Shown here one piece after another: positions 37,988 through 47,634 of a stretch of DNA of 64,000 nt. Source of the DNA: Vulcanimicrobiota bacterium (GTDB lineage Bacteria > Vulcanimicrobiota > Xenobia > Xenobiales > JADMJV01); NCBI GenBank assembly GCA_050250895.1, contig JBFWNU010000003.1, positions 170,986 to 234,985 on the forward strand. Reading direction: 5' to 3'. A model generated the notes under the pieces. The model ran no database searches, was not told where the DNA came from, and saw nothing but the letters and a program-made list of their open reading frames with translations. The translations under genes and the position numbers were made by a program. Every line of letters starts with the position of its first letter. The stretch's first letter is position 1.

Positions 37988-38689
37988 TTATTCCTTCAGG
38001 TTCGTCTTTTCTTGGGCGGGCGGACCCGGCACTCGCGGCCGAGGCAACCCGCGCAGCGTGGTCGCCCCCCGATTGGGCGGCGCCACCCACTTTCCCTTGC
38101 GAAAGACGTTCCACAGGCCCCCGGGAGTGTTCTGGCCTTCGGTTGCGGGTTCCGTCGGGTTCGAAAAGAGGCGGCCGTCGACATCGGGGAATTGGCCGGG
38201 AAAGTAGACGAAGTCGGGGCTGGCGATGACGGTGACCTGGAACCGCTGGCTAAAGGCGCGCCCGATGCCTTCAGCCATCGATGGATCGACCAGCCCGCTA
38301 TGGTCATACCAGCCGGTCTGGCAGCCATAGAAAAAGACCATCGCCTCGGGGTGGAGCGCGCGCTCGAAGTTGGGCAACCAGTCTGGGTCAGGCTGTTGGC
38401 CCGACTTGTCGGTCAGGCGCCACTGGTCGTTGCGATACCAGAGCACGTTCTCGAGGTGCCCATCGGCAAACTCGTCAATGCTCTGGTAGAGTCGGCTGCC
38501 GTCGCCCGAGAACTCGAGCAACCGAATCGAGGCCGGCTCGGCGGTCTTGAGAAAGGCGACGAACTCGGTGGTGGTCTCGAACACCAGACTGCCGTTGACG
38601 CGCAGTCCGCTATCGGCGGCCAGAGCCGGGGCGAGCAGGCCCAGCAGAAGCACTACCAGCCAATTCAGGGAACGCGCACTCAGAATCAT
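37988..38689 (-). CDS. secreted hypothetical protein
   Basis: Signal peptide MILSARSLNWLVVLLLGLLAPALA; 233 aa, no recognised domain. Confidence 0.6.
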   Translation of the reverse strand: MILSARSLNWLVVLLLGLLAPALAADSGLRVNGSLVFETTTEFVAFLKTAEPASIRLLEFSGDGSRLYQSIDEFADGHLENVLWYRNDQWRLTDKSGQQPDPDWLPNFERALHPEAMVFFYGCQTGWYDHSGLVDPSMAEGIGRAFSQRFQVTVIASPDFVYFPGQFPDVDGRLFSNPTEPATEGQNTPGGLWNVFRKGKWVAPPNRGATTLRGLPRPRVPGPPAQEKTNLKE

Positions 38690-39038
38690 CGCCCTTTGGT
38701 GTAGCGCGGCCGAGCGTGGAAGCTCACTGCGTAGCCTCCGATCAACAGGTAGTCAACCTTTTCTTGGGCGAATACCGATAGGAGAGCCTTGAAGTCTTGG
38801 TGCAGGTTCATCTCCTCTCTTGAGGCTCCAAGCCTCCATGGCCATCTCCCAGACGGCATCAAATCGAGCCGAGGGTGAGGCTGATCGCCAGAACTTCAGG
38901 TCCTCGTCGAGTAGCGCGGAGTGAGTCTGGACCCTGGCTCCCCGCCACGCCTGCCGGCGATGGGCTGCCCGCTCTTCGAAACCCGATTGCATACTCATCT
39001 GGTTCGACGAGAGCCACCGGAAACCTGGGGCCCTCTCA

Positions 39039-39641
39039 TCACAGCAGACCCATGGCCAGGGCCCGGGTCACCACCTGGGTGCGATTGTCGGCTTCCAGCT
39101 TGGTCATCAGCGAAGACACGTGGAACTTGATGGTGCGTTCGACCACCGAGAGGCGGGCTGCGATCTCTTTGTTAGAGAGCCCTTCGGCCAGAAGGTCGAG
39201 CACCTCACGCTCGCGCAGCGACAGGCTCGGTCCTCGGGCCAGGCGGGTGGCCACCCGACCGGCCAGGCGCGAGTCGAGAAAGCTGTCTCCCTGGGCCACC
39301 GCCCGCACGGCGGCCACAATTTCGGCGCTGGCCACACCTTTGAGCAGATAGCCGCGAGCGCCGGCGCGCAAAGCTTCGAGAATCTCGTGGTCGCGGTCGT
39401 AGGCGGTCAGAATGACCACCCCGGCTCGCTCGGCAAATTCGGGCACGACCGACAAACCCGAGCCGTCGGGCAACTCCAGGTCGAGCAACACCACCGCGGG
39501 ACGAGCCTGGTCAAAGCGCAGGCGAGCCTCGGCCAGCGAGGCCACTCCGGCCACCACCTCGAGGTCGGCTTGATCACCCAGCACGGTGGCCAATCCATCG
39601 CGCACGATGGGATGGTCGTCGACCAGCATCACCCGAATCAC
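39039..39641 (-). CDS. NarL/FixJ-family (LuxR-type HTH) response regulator
   Basis: REC domain (VMLVDDHPIVRDG...VVLLDLELPDGSG) plus a LuxR HTH (LSLREREVLDLLAEGLSNKEIAARLSVVERTIKFHVSSLMTKL). Confidence 0.9.
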   Translation of the reverse strand: MIRVMLVDDHPIVRDGLATVLGDQADLEVVAGVASLAEARLRFDQARPAVVLLDLELPDGSGLSVVPEFAERAGVVILTAYDRDHEILEALRAGARGYLLKGVASAEIVAAVRAVAQGDSFLDSRLAGRVATRLARGPSLSLREREVLDLLAEGLSNKEIAARLSVVERTIKFHVSSLMTKLEADNRTQVVTRALAMGLL

Positions 39642-40678
39642 AGCCTCACCACCACCCGGGTTCCGTTTTGACGGCGGATTTCGAGGCTGCCGCCGAGCAA
39701 TCGGGCCCGTTCACTCATCCCGATCAAGCCATAGCGACCCGGCTCGACCTGATCCAGGTCAAAGCCCCGGCCGTTGTCGGTGATCTCGAGGCCGTTGGGA
39801 GCCAGGCGAAGTTGCACCCGGGTGGCCCCGGCGTGGCGCTCGACATTGACCAGAGCCTCGCCAGCGATGGCCAGCAACTCTTGCTCTTGCTGGGGGCTCC
39901 AACCGGCCGCCTGGCACTCGAGATCCACCGGAATGCCGGTGCGGTGGGTGAAGGCGCGGGCCAGAGTGGCCAGGGCCTCGGGCAGGGGAAGCTCGCCGCG
40001 CAGGTTGGTCATCGACTGGCGGGCGCGCTCGAGACCGCGGCGAGTCTGCTGTAGGGCTCGCTCGGTGCGCTCGCGAGCAAGTTCGGGGCGGGCCAGAGCC
40101 GACTCGAGTCCCAGGGCGATGGCGGTCAGGTCTTGCACCAGGCCGTCGTGCATCTCGCGAGCCAGGCGGGTGCGCTCGGTCTCGCGGGCGAGTCGCCGCT
40201 CGTCTTCGGCCAGGCGGGCCCGCTCGACCGCCACCCCCATCTGATGGGCGGCCACGGCCAGCAGGCTCAACTGGTGCTCATCCAGGTGGCGCCAGTCGCA
40301 GCTGGCGATGTTGAGCACACCGAGCTTGCGCCCGGCGAAGGCGAGCGTGAGCGAGGCATGGTGGCCGGCCGGCTCACCGGCCGCGGCCAGGCGGCTGCAG
40401 GGAATGACCTGGCCCCGGCTTGACAACTCGCCTTGCCGGTAGGCGTCGAGACAGCGGCAGCTCTTGCCGACCATGCGCACCGGCTCGCGCAACACTTCGG
40501 GCAGGCGGTGGGAGGCAGCCAGAAAGAAGCCGTCGCCTTCGGTCAGCCACACCCAGCCGGCCTCGAGCCCCAGCAGGTCGGCGGTTAGCGCCAGTGCGTC
40601 GGTCAGGGCTCGAGAGAGGTCGGGAGTGCGATTGAGCACTTCGGCGATCTGTTCGAGCAACTCGAGCTCTCGGGCCAT
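39638..40678 (-). CDS. GAF-domain sensor histidine kinase (HisKA_3/NarX-LiaS type)
   Basis: N-terminal GAF-like region. H-box LAREMHDGLVQDLTAI and an ATPase region (ITDNGRGFD...GLIGMSERARLLGGSLEI). Overlaps the regulator gene by 4 nt. Confidence 0.9.
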   Translation of the reverse strand: MARELELLEQIAEVLNRTPDLSRALTDALALTADLLGLEAGWVWLTEGDGFFLAASHRLPEVLREPVRMVGKSCRCLDAYRQGELSSRGQVIPCSRLAAAGEPAGHHASLTLAFAGRKLGVLNIASCDWRHLDEHQLSLLAVAAHQMGVAVERARLAEDERRLARETERTRLAREMHDGLVQDLTAIALGLESALARPELARERTERALQQTRRGLERARQSMTNLRGELPLPEALATLARAFTHRTGIPVDLECQAAGWSPQQEQELLAIAGEALVNVERHAGATRVQLRLAPNGLEITDNGRGFDLDQVEPGRYGLIGMSERARLLGGSLEIRRQNGTRVVVRL

Positions 40679-40680
40679 GG

Positions 40681-41520
40681 CTAGTGCTTGTAGGCCTTGA
40701 CCCGGTCGATTCCGGCTTGCAGGTCGTCGTCAAGGTCAGAATAGGCGAGCAGCTTGGCGGGATAGAAGACGCCCGCGAATTCGGCCAGGGCGCGGGCGGC
40801 CAGATCGACCCCCTTTTCATGGGCGACTTGCAGCTTGTGCTTGAACTGCTCAGCCAGGCGACGTCTTTCGGCTCGCTCGGCCGCTGACTCCGTGGACCAG
40901 GCGATAGCCCGGTCGAGAAACTGGGGCAGGTCATCGAAGCTGCCCAGCGATAACCAGCGACTGGCCAGCAGCTCGCCTTGCAGATTGTAGAAGTTGAGTT
41001 GAGGAGCCCGGATTACGAAGGGCTCCCACAGTTCGGGCCCGACCCGACGGCAGCGAAAGGCCGCGCTGGCCTTACGCCGAAAGTCGGGTCGTTCAAGTTC
41101 GCGCTCGGCTTCGGCCGGAAGTTTCTCGTCAGCAAAAAGCGCCATCACGGGCAGACCTTCTCCGGCATCCTCATTGTAGAGGGGCGGCTGACCGAGCAAG
41201 GGCTCGATGGCTTCCGTCGGTGGGGGATCAGGAATGGCCCGCAGGCGGGTCCGCTCGCTGGCTTTCAGACCGGCGAGGGGATCTACGGACTGCTCCATCA
41301 GCTGGCGGTATTCTTTCACCCAGCCAGGTGGCTCGACCTCGAACTCTTGCTCGGCGTAGGCACGGGACCATTCGGCCGGTTCGTCGTCGGCCTCCTCGAA
41401 GCACAGATGGAGCGACAGTTGCCCCTCGGTGGTGAACTCGAGGGCGACCCCGGTGGGCCGGCCCTCGGTCTGGGCCACGATCCGTTCAACAAACTGCATC
41501 GTTTCGGCTAGCGAGGTCAC
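40681..41520 (-). CDS. hypothetical protein
   Basis: 279-aa ORF ending 3 nt before the kinase gene start on the same strand; no recognised domain. Confidence 0.55.
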   Translation of the reverse strand: MTSLAETMQFVERIVAQTEGRPTGVALEFTTEGQLSLHLCFEEADDEPAEWSRAYAEQEFEVEPPGWVKEYRQLMEQSVDPLAGLKASERTRLRAIPDPPPTEAIEPLLGQPPLYNEDAGEGLPVMALFADEKLPAEAERELERPDFRRKASAAFRCRRVGPELWEPFVIRAPQLNFYNLQGELLASRWLSLGSFDDLPQFLDRAIAWSTESAAERAERRRLAEQFKHKLQVAHEKGVDLAARALAEFAGVFYPAKLLAYSDLDDDLQAGIDRVKAYKH

Positions 41521-41558
41521 AGAGGGATCTTCGCAGGCGGCGAGCTTGCGCCTCTTTG

Positions 41559-42755
41559 CTAGGACCGGCGGCGCAGAGTCAGGTGGCCGAAGGCGGCCGA
41601 GAACAGGCAGGCGAGGCCTCCGAGCACGATGGGCAGGCGTCCTCCGGTCAGGTCGCCGATCCAGCCAATCAGCGGTCCACCGATGACCTTGCTAGCGCCG
41701 ATGATGACGGTTTGAATCGAGAGCACCCGGCCGTGCATCGCAGGTTCGCTCTCGACCTGCACCAGGGCGGTCGTCGAAGTGATGTAGACGATATGAGCCA
41801 GGCCTACCACGAAGGCCGCGGCGGCCGCGCTGGCCACGCTTGGGGTGGCGGCCAGGATGAGCATGCTCACTCCGAAGGCGGTGGCTCCCCACAGGATCTG
41901 ATTCATGCCCACCAGGTTGCGATAGGCGACCACCAGCGCGCCCACCACCGCACCCAGGCTGAAGACGGTGTAGAGCAGGGTGAAGACGGTGTCGGCGGTG
42001 TGCAAGCTGTCGGTCACGAAGAGCGGCAGACTAACGCTGAAGTTATAGGCCATGACCCCGATGGCCAGCAACATCGCAAAGTTGACCCACAAGCGGGGAT
42101 GGGCACCCAGGTAGCGCAGCCCTTCGAGCACGCTGCCTTCGGTCTTGTCGCTGGTCGGTCCCCGGTGGAGTTCCTCAGGGCGCATCATCCCCAGGCAGAC
42201 CAGCACGGCCACATAGCTGGTGGCGTCGATGACGAAGCTCCAGCCAAATCCCACCGTGGTCACCAGCAACCCGGCCAGGGCCGGACCGAAAGCGCGCGAC
42301 AGGTTGACGATCAGGCTGTAGAGCACGACCGCGTTGGGGATGTCCTCTTTGGGGACCATCTCGGTCACAAACGAGCGCCGCAGCGGATTGTCGAAGGCCA
42401 GTAGAGCGCCTCCCACCAGGGTGAGGGCGTAAAGGGCGGCCAGCGGTGGTCGCGGCATGAAGGCCAGGGCGGCCAGGCCGAACGACTGCAGCATCTCGAG
42501 GGCCTGGGTCAGGATGAGCAGATAGCGCTTGTCGACCCGGTCGGCAATGGCTCCGGCCCAGGCCGAGAGCACCAGCACTGGCCCGAACTCGCAGGCGGTC
42601 ACCAGCCCCAAATGCAGGCCGCTGCCGGTGAGCTTGAGCACGAGCAGAACGAGAGCGACCCGGGTCAGCCAGTTGCCGGTGTTGGAGATAGACTGGCCGA
42701 TGAAGAAGAGCCGATAGTTCCGGCTGCGCAGGGATAGAAAGGTCTGCCTCAGCAT
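41559..42755 (-). CDS. MFS transporter (EntS-like exporter family)
   Basis: Twelve predicted TM segments with an MFS N-terminus (RNYRLFFIGQSISNTGNWLTRVAL). Confidence 0.85.
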   Translation of the reverse strand: MLRQTFLSLRSRNYRLFFIGQSISNTGNWLTRVALVLLVLKLTGSGLHLGLVTACEFGPVLVLSAWAGAIADRVDKRYLLILTQALEMLQSFGLAALAFMPRPPLAALYALTLVGGALLAFDNPLRRSFVTEMVPKEDIPNAVVLYSLIVNLSRAFGPALAGLLVTTVGFGWSFVIDATSYVAVLVCLGMMRPEELHRGPTSDKTEGSVLEGLRYLGAHPRLWVNFAMLLAIGVMAYNFSVSLPLFVTDSLHTADTVFTLLYTVFSLGAVVGALVVAYRNLVGMNQILWGATAFGVSMLILAATPSVASAAAAAFVVGLAHIVYITSTTALVQVESEPAMHGRVLSIQTVIIGASKVIGGPLIGWIGDLTGGRLPIVLGGLACLFSAAFGHLTLRRRS

Positions 42756-42830
42756 CGATGTTGGTTCAACCCACCGGGTTCGTGTGGTGTTCCCATAGTG
42801 GTAATATTTCTTGGTGTGTGCTAAGTTGGT

Positions 42831-43445
42831 GTGGTGGAATATGAAAGCTTACGCGCGTGTGCCCTGGCAGGTGCCCTTACCGAGGACGATTGGCGATCCA
42901 TTCGCAGGCAGGCTCGCCAGGGTGACGTTGGGGCCGAGTTTCTCCTGGGCTTTGCCGACGTTTCGCCGAGAACGCGCCGCAAGTGGCTGACTCGGGCCGC
43001 CGACCACGGCCACGCCGAGGCCTTCTTTCTCTTGCATGGTGGCTATCCTATTCACAACGCGGGCGGCTGGCTCGAGCGCTCGGCCGAGCGAGGTTGCGCC
43101 GAGGCCCAATCCGCGCTCGGGTGCTATTACGCCTGGGAGCCGAATCGCGATGAGGTGAAAATGCGTTATTGGTATGGCCAGGCCGCTCTCCAGGGTGGTG
43201 GAGTGGCGATGTATGAATTTGGCTTTAGCCTGTTGCTGGGCGAAGGTGGGCCGGCCGACCCCGAGGGCGCGGTGGCCTGGCTCGAAAAGGCCGCCGCCAC
43301 CGATGCTCACACGGCAGAAGAGGCGCGGGGCTTGTTGGGTGATGTGCTCAGCGACGGCCTTTACGGTGTCGCTCGCGACCCTGAGCGGGCGGAGTATTGG
43401 AGAGCCCCTCACTTCCGGCCGGAAGTGGTGAGCAAGTGGGGATAG
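42831..43445 (+). CDS. Sel1-like repeat protein
   Basis: Repeated ...GCAEAQSALGCYY / ALQGGGVAMYEFGFSLLLGEG / AVAWLEKAAA units are Sel1/TPR-like. A non-ATG start is inferred. The last 12 codons are encoded by the ACTTCCGGCCGGAAGT palindrome. Confidence 0.6.
   Translation: MVEYESLRACALAGALTEDDWRSIRRQARQGDVGAEFLLGFADVSPRTRRKWLTRAADHGHAEAFFLLHGGYPIHNAGGWLERSAERGCAEAQSALGCYYAWEPNRDEVKMRYWYGQAALQGGGVAMYEFGFSLLLGEGGPADPEGAVAWLEKAAATDAHTAEEARGLLGDVLSDGLYGVARDPERAEYWRAPHFRPEVVSKWG
43411..43426. repeat. 16-bp perfect palindrome ACTTCCGGCCGGAAGT (copy P1)
   Basis: Direct reading; related copies at 43629-43643, 44029-44040 and 45209-45224. Confidence 0.85.
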
Positions 43446-43696
43446 ACTCTGGCGAAAAGGCGGGCGGCTAGAACTTGCTCGAGGCTGAGATGGGGATGGG
43501 CGCGCTGAAACGATGGCCAGTCGCCCCGGACTTCCCTGTCCCACTGCACCACCTGGGCAACATCCGTGCCCCCTCAGTTCACCAGTCGGGGGCGGGGCGG
43601 GTTGTCGGAGAGCACGATTCCCAGGCACGTTCCGGCCGGAAGTGCGACTCGCGGCGGGAGCGCCCCCCGGTCGTGCGGGGCCCTGGAGACAAGGCT

Positions 43697-44011
43697 CTAG
43701 TTATCGTACCAGGGAACGTAGGGCTGGATGAGGGTCAGTTCTGCGATCACTCCTTTCTCTTCGCTCACGTGGAGTTCGAAAGGCCACACTTTGTAATACC
43801 CGTCATCGGCGGGGCCGAGGTGAGCTGAGATTCGCACGACCGGGTCGCCGAGCGCCGCGATGAGTTGACCATCCAGATACAGTCGCTGGCCGGTGATGCG
43901 CGGGTTGAAAGGGTGCCGATGCCACTCGGCCCCGGCGGCGTCAATTTCTTGCTCGGAGTTGGCTGGAGTGACTCCGTTGATGGTTAGCTCTCGACGGGGA
44001 TATTCGACCAT
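43697..44011 (-). CDS. small hypothetical ORF (104 aa) bracketed by two palindrome copies
   Basis: Coding-like GC3 but no RBS. The start lies immediately after palindrome P3, and the stop is 55 nt from P2. Confidence 0.35.
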   Translation of the reverse strand: MVEYPRRELTINGVTPANSEQEIDAAGAEWHRHPFNPRITGQRLYLDGQLIAALGDPVVRISAHLGPADDGYYKVWPFELHVSEEKGVIAELTLIQPYVPWYDN

Positions 44012-44137
44012 CGGCAGCCCGCGGGAAGTTCCGGCCGGAAGTCCAAAAAGTGAGATTTTACGCCATTTTCGCTTGTTGTTTGGGGTTGAAAAATGCTAAA
44101 ATATTGGTATTCCCCCGAACCACTCCCTGGAGGTCCT

Positions 44138-45460
44138 ATGTCTCTTTCCACGCTTGTTTCCAGCCTGCGTCAACTCGGCCCCGAGCTGCTGCATCAGTGC
44201 AACCAGGCCGTCCGCCACGAACTAGCTCGCAGCGAGTGGACCATGGCCGCCCACCTGCTGGCCACCGAACGGACCGGACTGCATCGCAAGAAGGGTTATG
44301 GCGACGTGCTCGGCTATGCCGAGAAGTTGCTCGACCTGCCACGCTACAAGGCCTGCGAGTTGCTGCGGGTGGCGCGAGCGTTCGAGCTCATGCCTGACCT
44401 CTCCGAGGCCTTTCGCACGGGCGAAATCGGCTGGACCAAGGTGCGCGAGATCACGCGAGTGGCCACTCCCAAGACCGAAGCGACCTGGCTTGAACGGGCT
44501 CGCCAGCACGACGCCGACACAGTGGCCCGCATGGTCTCGGTGTCGCCCACCGAGTATAAGCGGGGCAAGGCGCTCGAAGCCGCACGAGAAGCTGGGCAGA
44601 GTGTGCCCGAGCAGGCAAACGCGCCCGAGGTGATCCCGCAGCTGATCAACCTGACGCTGCGGTTTACGCCCGAGCAGTATGCGGTCTTCGAACAGGCTAT
44701 CAGCCTGGCCCGAGCCCGGGCGGGCAAGCGGCTCAGCCGAGAGGTCGCTCTGGTGGCTCTGTCAGAAGCGACCCTGGCGCAGGCCGACAGTCGCAGCCAG
44801 GTTAGACATCAGGTGCTGATCCAGCTCGATCCGTTGAGCGGCAAGGGTTTCTACGACACCGAACGCGGGCCACTGCCGGCCCCGCAGCGAGTGGTCGACG
44901 AGGCGCTGGCCTCGGGACCGGCCGTGGTCGAGGGTGAGCAACTTGAACCCCCGCTGCCGGTGAAAACCGGGCCTCGCCAGGCGATCCCGGTGAAGGAATA
45001 CCGGGTGGTGTTCGCCCGGGCCCGGGGGCGGTGCGAGAATTGTGGGTGCAAAGGCGGACCGCTGCATGTCCACCATGTTCGCCCGCGCTCTCGGGGCGGT
45101 GGCAACCGGGCATGCGAATTGAGGTTGCTGTGTCCTGGTTGTCATCGGGCCAGTCACGACCACGACTTCGCCACCGACGCCGGCTGGCGGGCGGCCAGAG
45201 AGGCGGCCACTTCCGGCCGGAAGTCAGGGCCGGCCGCGCAGCAAGTGGAGGTCACCGAATTCGTGCCAGAGATAGCCATGCTCGATGGCGGAGGCGTAGT
45301 CGCGAGCCAGTCGCTCGCGGCCGGCTATGGCCTCGAGCATGGCCAGGTGGCTGGCTTTGGGCTCGTGAAAGCCGGTGAGCAGGTCGTCGACCACGGCCAG
45401 GGGGCGGTCGGGAGTGATGACCAGCTCGGTCCAGCCGCTCGGGGGGCCGGCGTGGGCTGA
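44138..45460 (+). CDS. DUF222/HNH endonuclease family protein, paralog 2 (3' extent uncertain)
   Basis: CTGGAGG RBS. The N-terminus is paralogous to HNH paralog 3 (WTMAAHLLATERTGLHRKKGYG vs WDLAAHLLATERNGLYRHMGSG). HNH motif CENCGCKGGPLHVHHVRPRSRGGGNRACELRLLCPGCH. The ORF reads through palindrome P4 and 237 nt of antisense queA-like sequence. Confidence 0.75.
   Translation: MSLSTLVSSLRQLGPELLHQCNQAVRHELARSEWTMAAHLLATERTGLHRKKGYGDVLGYAEKLLDLPRYKACELLRVARAFELMPDLSEAFRTGEIGWTKVREITRVATPKTEATWLERARQHDADTVARMVSVSPTEYKRGKALEAAREAGQSVPEQANAPEVIPQLINLTLRFTPEQYAVFEQAISLARARAGKRLSREVALVALSEATLAQADSRSQVRHQVLIQLDPLSGKGFYDTERGPLPAPQRVVDEALASGPAVVEGEQLEPPLPVKTGPRQAIPVKEYRVVFARARGRCENCGCKGGPLHVHHVRPRSRGGGNRACELRLLCPGCHRASHDHDFATDAGWRAAREAATSGRKSGPAAQQVEVTEFVPEIAMLDGGGVVASQSLAAGYGLEHGQVAGFGLVKAGEQVVDHGQGAVGSDDQLGPAARGAGVG
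45209..45224. repeat. palindrome ACTTCCGGCCGGAAGT (copy P4) abutting the queA-like stop codon and inside the HNH ORF
   Basis: Direct reading. Confidence 0.85.
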
Positions 45461-46132
45461 CTCGAGGGCTCGCACCACGGTGGTTCCGACCGCGATGACG
45501 CGGCGGGCTCGGCGGGCAGCCTGCAGGGTGCGTTCGGGGACGGAGTAGTATTCGGGATAGGGCGGCTCGGGGTTCTCGAGCGAAGACACGCCGGTGTGAA
45601 GGGTGATGGGGCTCAGGGCTACGCCCTTTAGCACCAGCCGGGCCAGCAAAGCGGGAGTGAAGGCGCGGCCGGCCGAGGGCATTTCGGCCGAGCCGGGATG
45701 GCGGGCGAAGACCGTCTGGTAGTAATCGAGGGGCCAGTCGCCTTCGAGGTAGGCGTAGCGAATGGGACGTCCCCAGCGGTGCAGGTAGTCCAGGTCGACG
45801 CCTACGCGGGCTAGCTGCAGGCGCTGCGAGCCGCGGTAGGGACCGAGCAGTTCGAGGGTGGTGTGGGGCAGGGAGTGGTCGGGGCCGCGGGGCTCGACCA
45901 CCCACAGGTCGGGGGCCAGCTGGGCCGAGAAGTGGATCTGGCCGACCGCGGCCGGGAGGGTGGCCGAGTCGTTGTAGACGATCAGGTCGCCGGGTTCGAG
46001 CACCTCGGGTAGGTCGCGAAAGAGCAGATGGCGTCCGTCAGCTAGCAAGCGCACCTGGTCGCGAGCCAGGCCGCGGGCTTCGGGGGGCTGGCGGGCCTCG
46101 AGGCGGGTGGGCAGTTGGAAGTCGAGCGTCAT
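45224..46132 (-). CDS. QueA-like S-adenosylmethionine:tRNA ribosyltransferase-isomerase family protein
   Basis: PGDLIVYNDSATLPAAV, RVIAVGTTVVRALESA and LLTGFHEPKASHLAMLEAIAG parallel the QueA motifs DLLVFNNTRVIPA, RVIAVGTTSVRSLESA and [21 protein letters not shown]. Confidence 0.75.
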   Translation of the reverse strand: MTLDFQLPTRLEARQPPEARGLARDQVRLLADGRHLLFRDLPEVLEPGDLIVYNDSATLPAAVGQIHFSAQLAPDLWVVEPRGPDHSLPHTTLELLGPYRGSQRLQLARVGVDLDYLHRWGRPIRYAYLEGDWPLDYYQTVFARHPGSAEMPSAGRAFTPALLARLVLKGVALSPITLHTGVSSLENPEPPYPEYYSVPERTLQAARRARRVIAVGTTVVRALESAHAGPPSGWTELVITPDRPLAVVDDLLTGFHEPKASHLAMLEAIAGRERLARDYASAIEHGYLWHEFGDLHLLRGRP

Positions 46133-46809
46133 CGCAGCACCGCCTGAGCCTCGAGACGAAGTTGGTCGGGACGCTCGGTGATCAGCTGCAAGAAGAAGGG
46201 AGCCACGCTCTCGGGCGAGGGCAGGTGGGACAGGTCGACTCCGGGCTCGGCCTCTTGATGCATCTGGGTGTTCATGTCGCCCGGGTCGACCAGGTAGAAG
46301 CGCAGGCGTGGGTGCTCGGCTGCCAGGGTGCGGGTCAGATGCTCGAGGGCGGCTTTGCTTGCTCCGTAGCCGCCCCAGCCGGGGTAGGCGTTGACGGCCG
46401 CGTCCGAGGTCAGGTTGATGACCAGGGCCCCGTCGGGGAGAGCCTCGAGGAGGAGCTGGGTCAGGTGGAGAGGAGCTAGAAGGTTGACGCGCAGGACCTC
46501 TTCTAAACGCTGCCAGGGATAGTCGGCCAGGGCTGGCATGGGACTCGGGCCCACGGTGGATGCATTGTGGATGAGCACGTCCACGCGGCCGAGGCGGTCC
46601 TTGACCACGGCCGCGATTTCTTCGGCCGATTGGCTGACGTCGGCGGCGACGGTGGTGACGGTGGGGCCCATGGCGCGGGCGGCCTCAGAGAGGGCGTCGC
46701 CGTGGCGGGCCACCAGCACCAGATTGGCTCCGCGTTCGGCCAGCAGACGGGCGACGGCCAGACCCAGGCCGCGGGATGCTCCGGTTATTACGACATTCAG
46801 ATTGTTCAT
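46129..46809 (-). CDS. SDR-family oxidoreductase
   Basis: VVITGASRGLGLAVA (TGxxxGxG) and YGASKAAL (YxxxK). Confidence 0.9.
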   Translation of the reverse strand: MNNLNVVITGASRGLGLAVARLLAERGANLVLVARHGDALSEAARAMGPTVTTVAADVSQSAEEIAAVVKDRLGRVDVLIHNASTVGPSPMPALADYPWQRLEEVLRVNLLAPLHLTQLLLEALPDGALVINLTSDAAVNAYPGWGGYGASKAALEHLTRTLAAEHPRLRFYLVDPGDMNTQMHQEAEPGVDLSHLPSPESVAPFFLQLITERPDQLRLEAQAVLR

Positions 46810-46935
46810 GATTCACCTCTTTCATCCCCATCGTGCCAGCTGTGGCCGAGCTGGACTTCGGCCCGAGGGGAAGGGAAGAACCTGTCCTTTGGATCAGGTG
46901 AGAGGTCGGGGCGGTCCGGGGAGGAAGCTCTTCAG

Positions 46936-47634
46936 ATGAGAGAACCGCTCTTGGACATCGTGGGGCTCTTGTTGGCCCCGATGCTGGTTCCGCAGGCTCT
47001 CTGTGTGCGCTCTACCATCGAGGTCTTGCCCGAGCCGCCCGGACCGCGTTTTGGCAGAGTAGGGGAGGGTCCCGAGCTGCGCCTCTTGGTGCTCGGCGAC
47101 TCGGCCGCCGCCGGGGTGGGGGCGGCTCACCAGGACGAGGCCTTGCTGGGCCAGTTGCTGAGTCGTTTGCAGGGCCGCTATACGGTGGATTATCGCCTGC
47201 TGGCCGTGAGCGGAGCGACCACTATCGACCTGAGCGAATGGCTGCTGCGCGAGCGCCCCTGGCCGGCCGACCTGGTGGTGACCTCGCTGGGAGTCAACGA
47301 GGTGACTCGGGGCCGTCGGCTCAAGACCTGGTCCAGCCGGCAGCGGACTCTGGTCGAATTGTTACGGCGGCAGTTCTCGGCCCGCCACATCGTGCTGTCG
47401 TCGGTGCCCCCGATGGGCGACTTCGTGGGCATCCCCCAGCCCCTTCGTTGGTATCTCGGCCAGCGGGCCCGGCTGCTGGACCAGGCGCTCAAGGAGCTGC
47501 CGCACTGCCAGGTGGTGGGGGTCGACGGATGCCTTTCGCCCATGCTGGCCAAAGACGGTTTTCACCCTGGCCCGGACATCTATCGTGCCTGGGCCGAGCG
47601 CATCCTCACCCAGACAGGAGAACTCCTATGTTAG
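46936..47634 (+). CDS. SGNH/GDSL hydrolase family protein
   Basis: GGAGGAAG RBS. LVLGDSAAAGVG (GDS block I) and a C-terminal DGFHP block. Confidence 0.8.
   Translation: MREPLLDIVGLLLAPMLVPQALCVRSTIEVLPEPPGPRFGRVGEGPELRLLVLGDSAAAGVGAAHQDEALLGQLLSRLQGRYTVDYRLLAVSGATTIDLSEWLLRERPWPADLVVTSLGVNEVTRGRRLKTWSSRQRTLVELLRRQFSARHIVLSSVPPMGDFVGIPQPLRWYLGQRARLLDQALKELPHCQVVGVDGCLSPMLAKDGFHPGPDIYRAWAERILTQTGELLC

Noticed and set aside
38753-38998. 81-aa minus-strand ORF between the response regulator and the secreted protein gene
   Set aside because: No RBS or motif; could not be distinguished from a chance ORF in GC-rich intergenic DNA.
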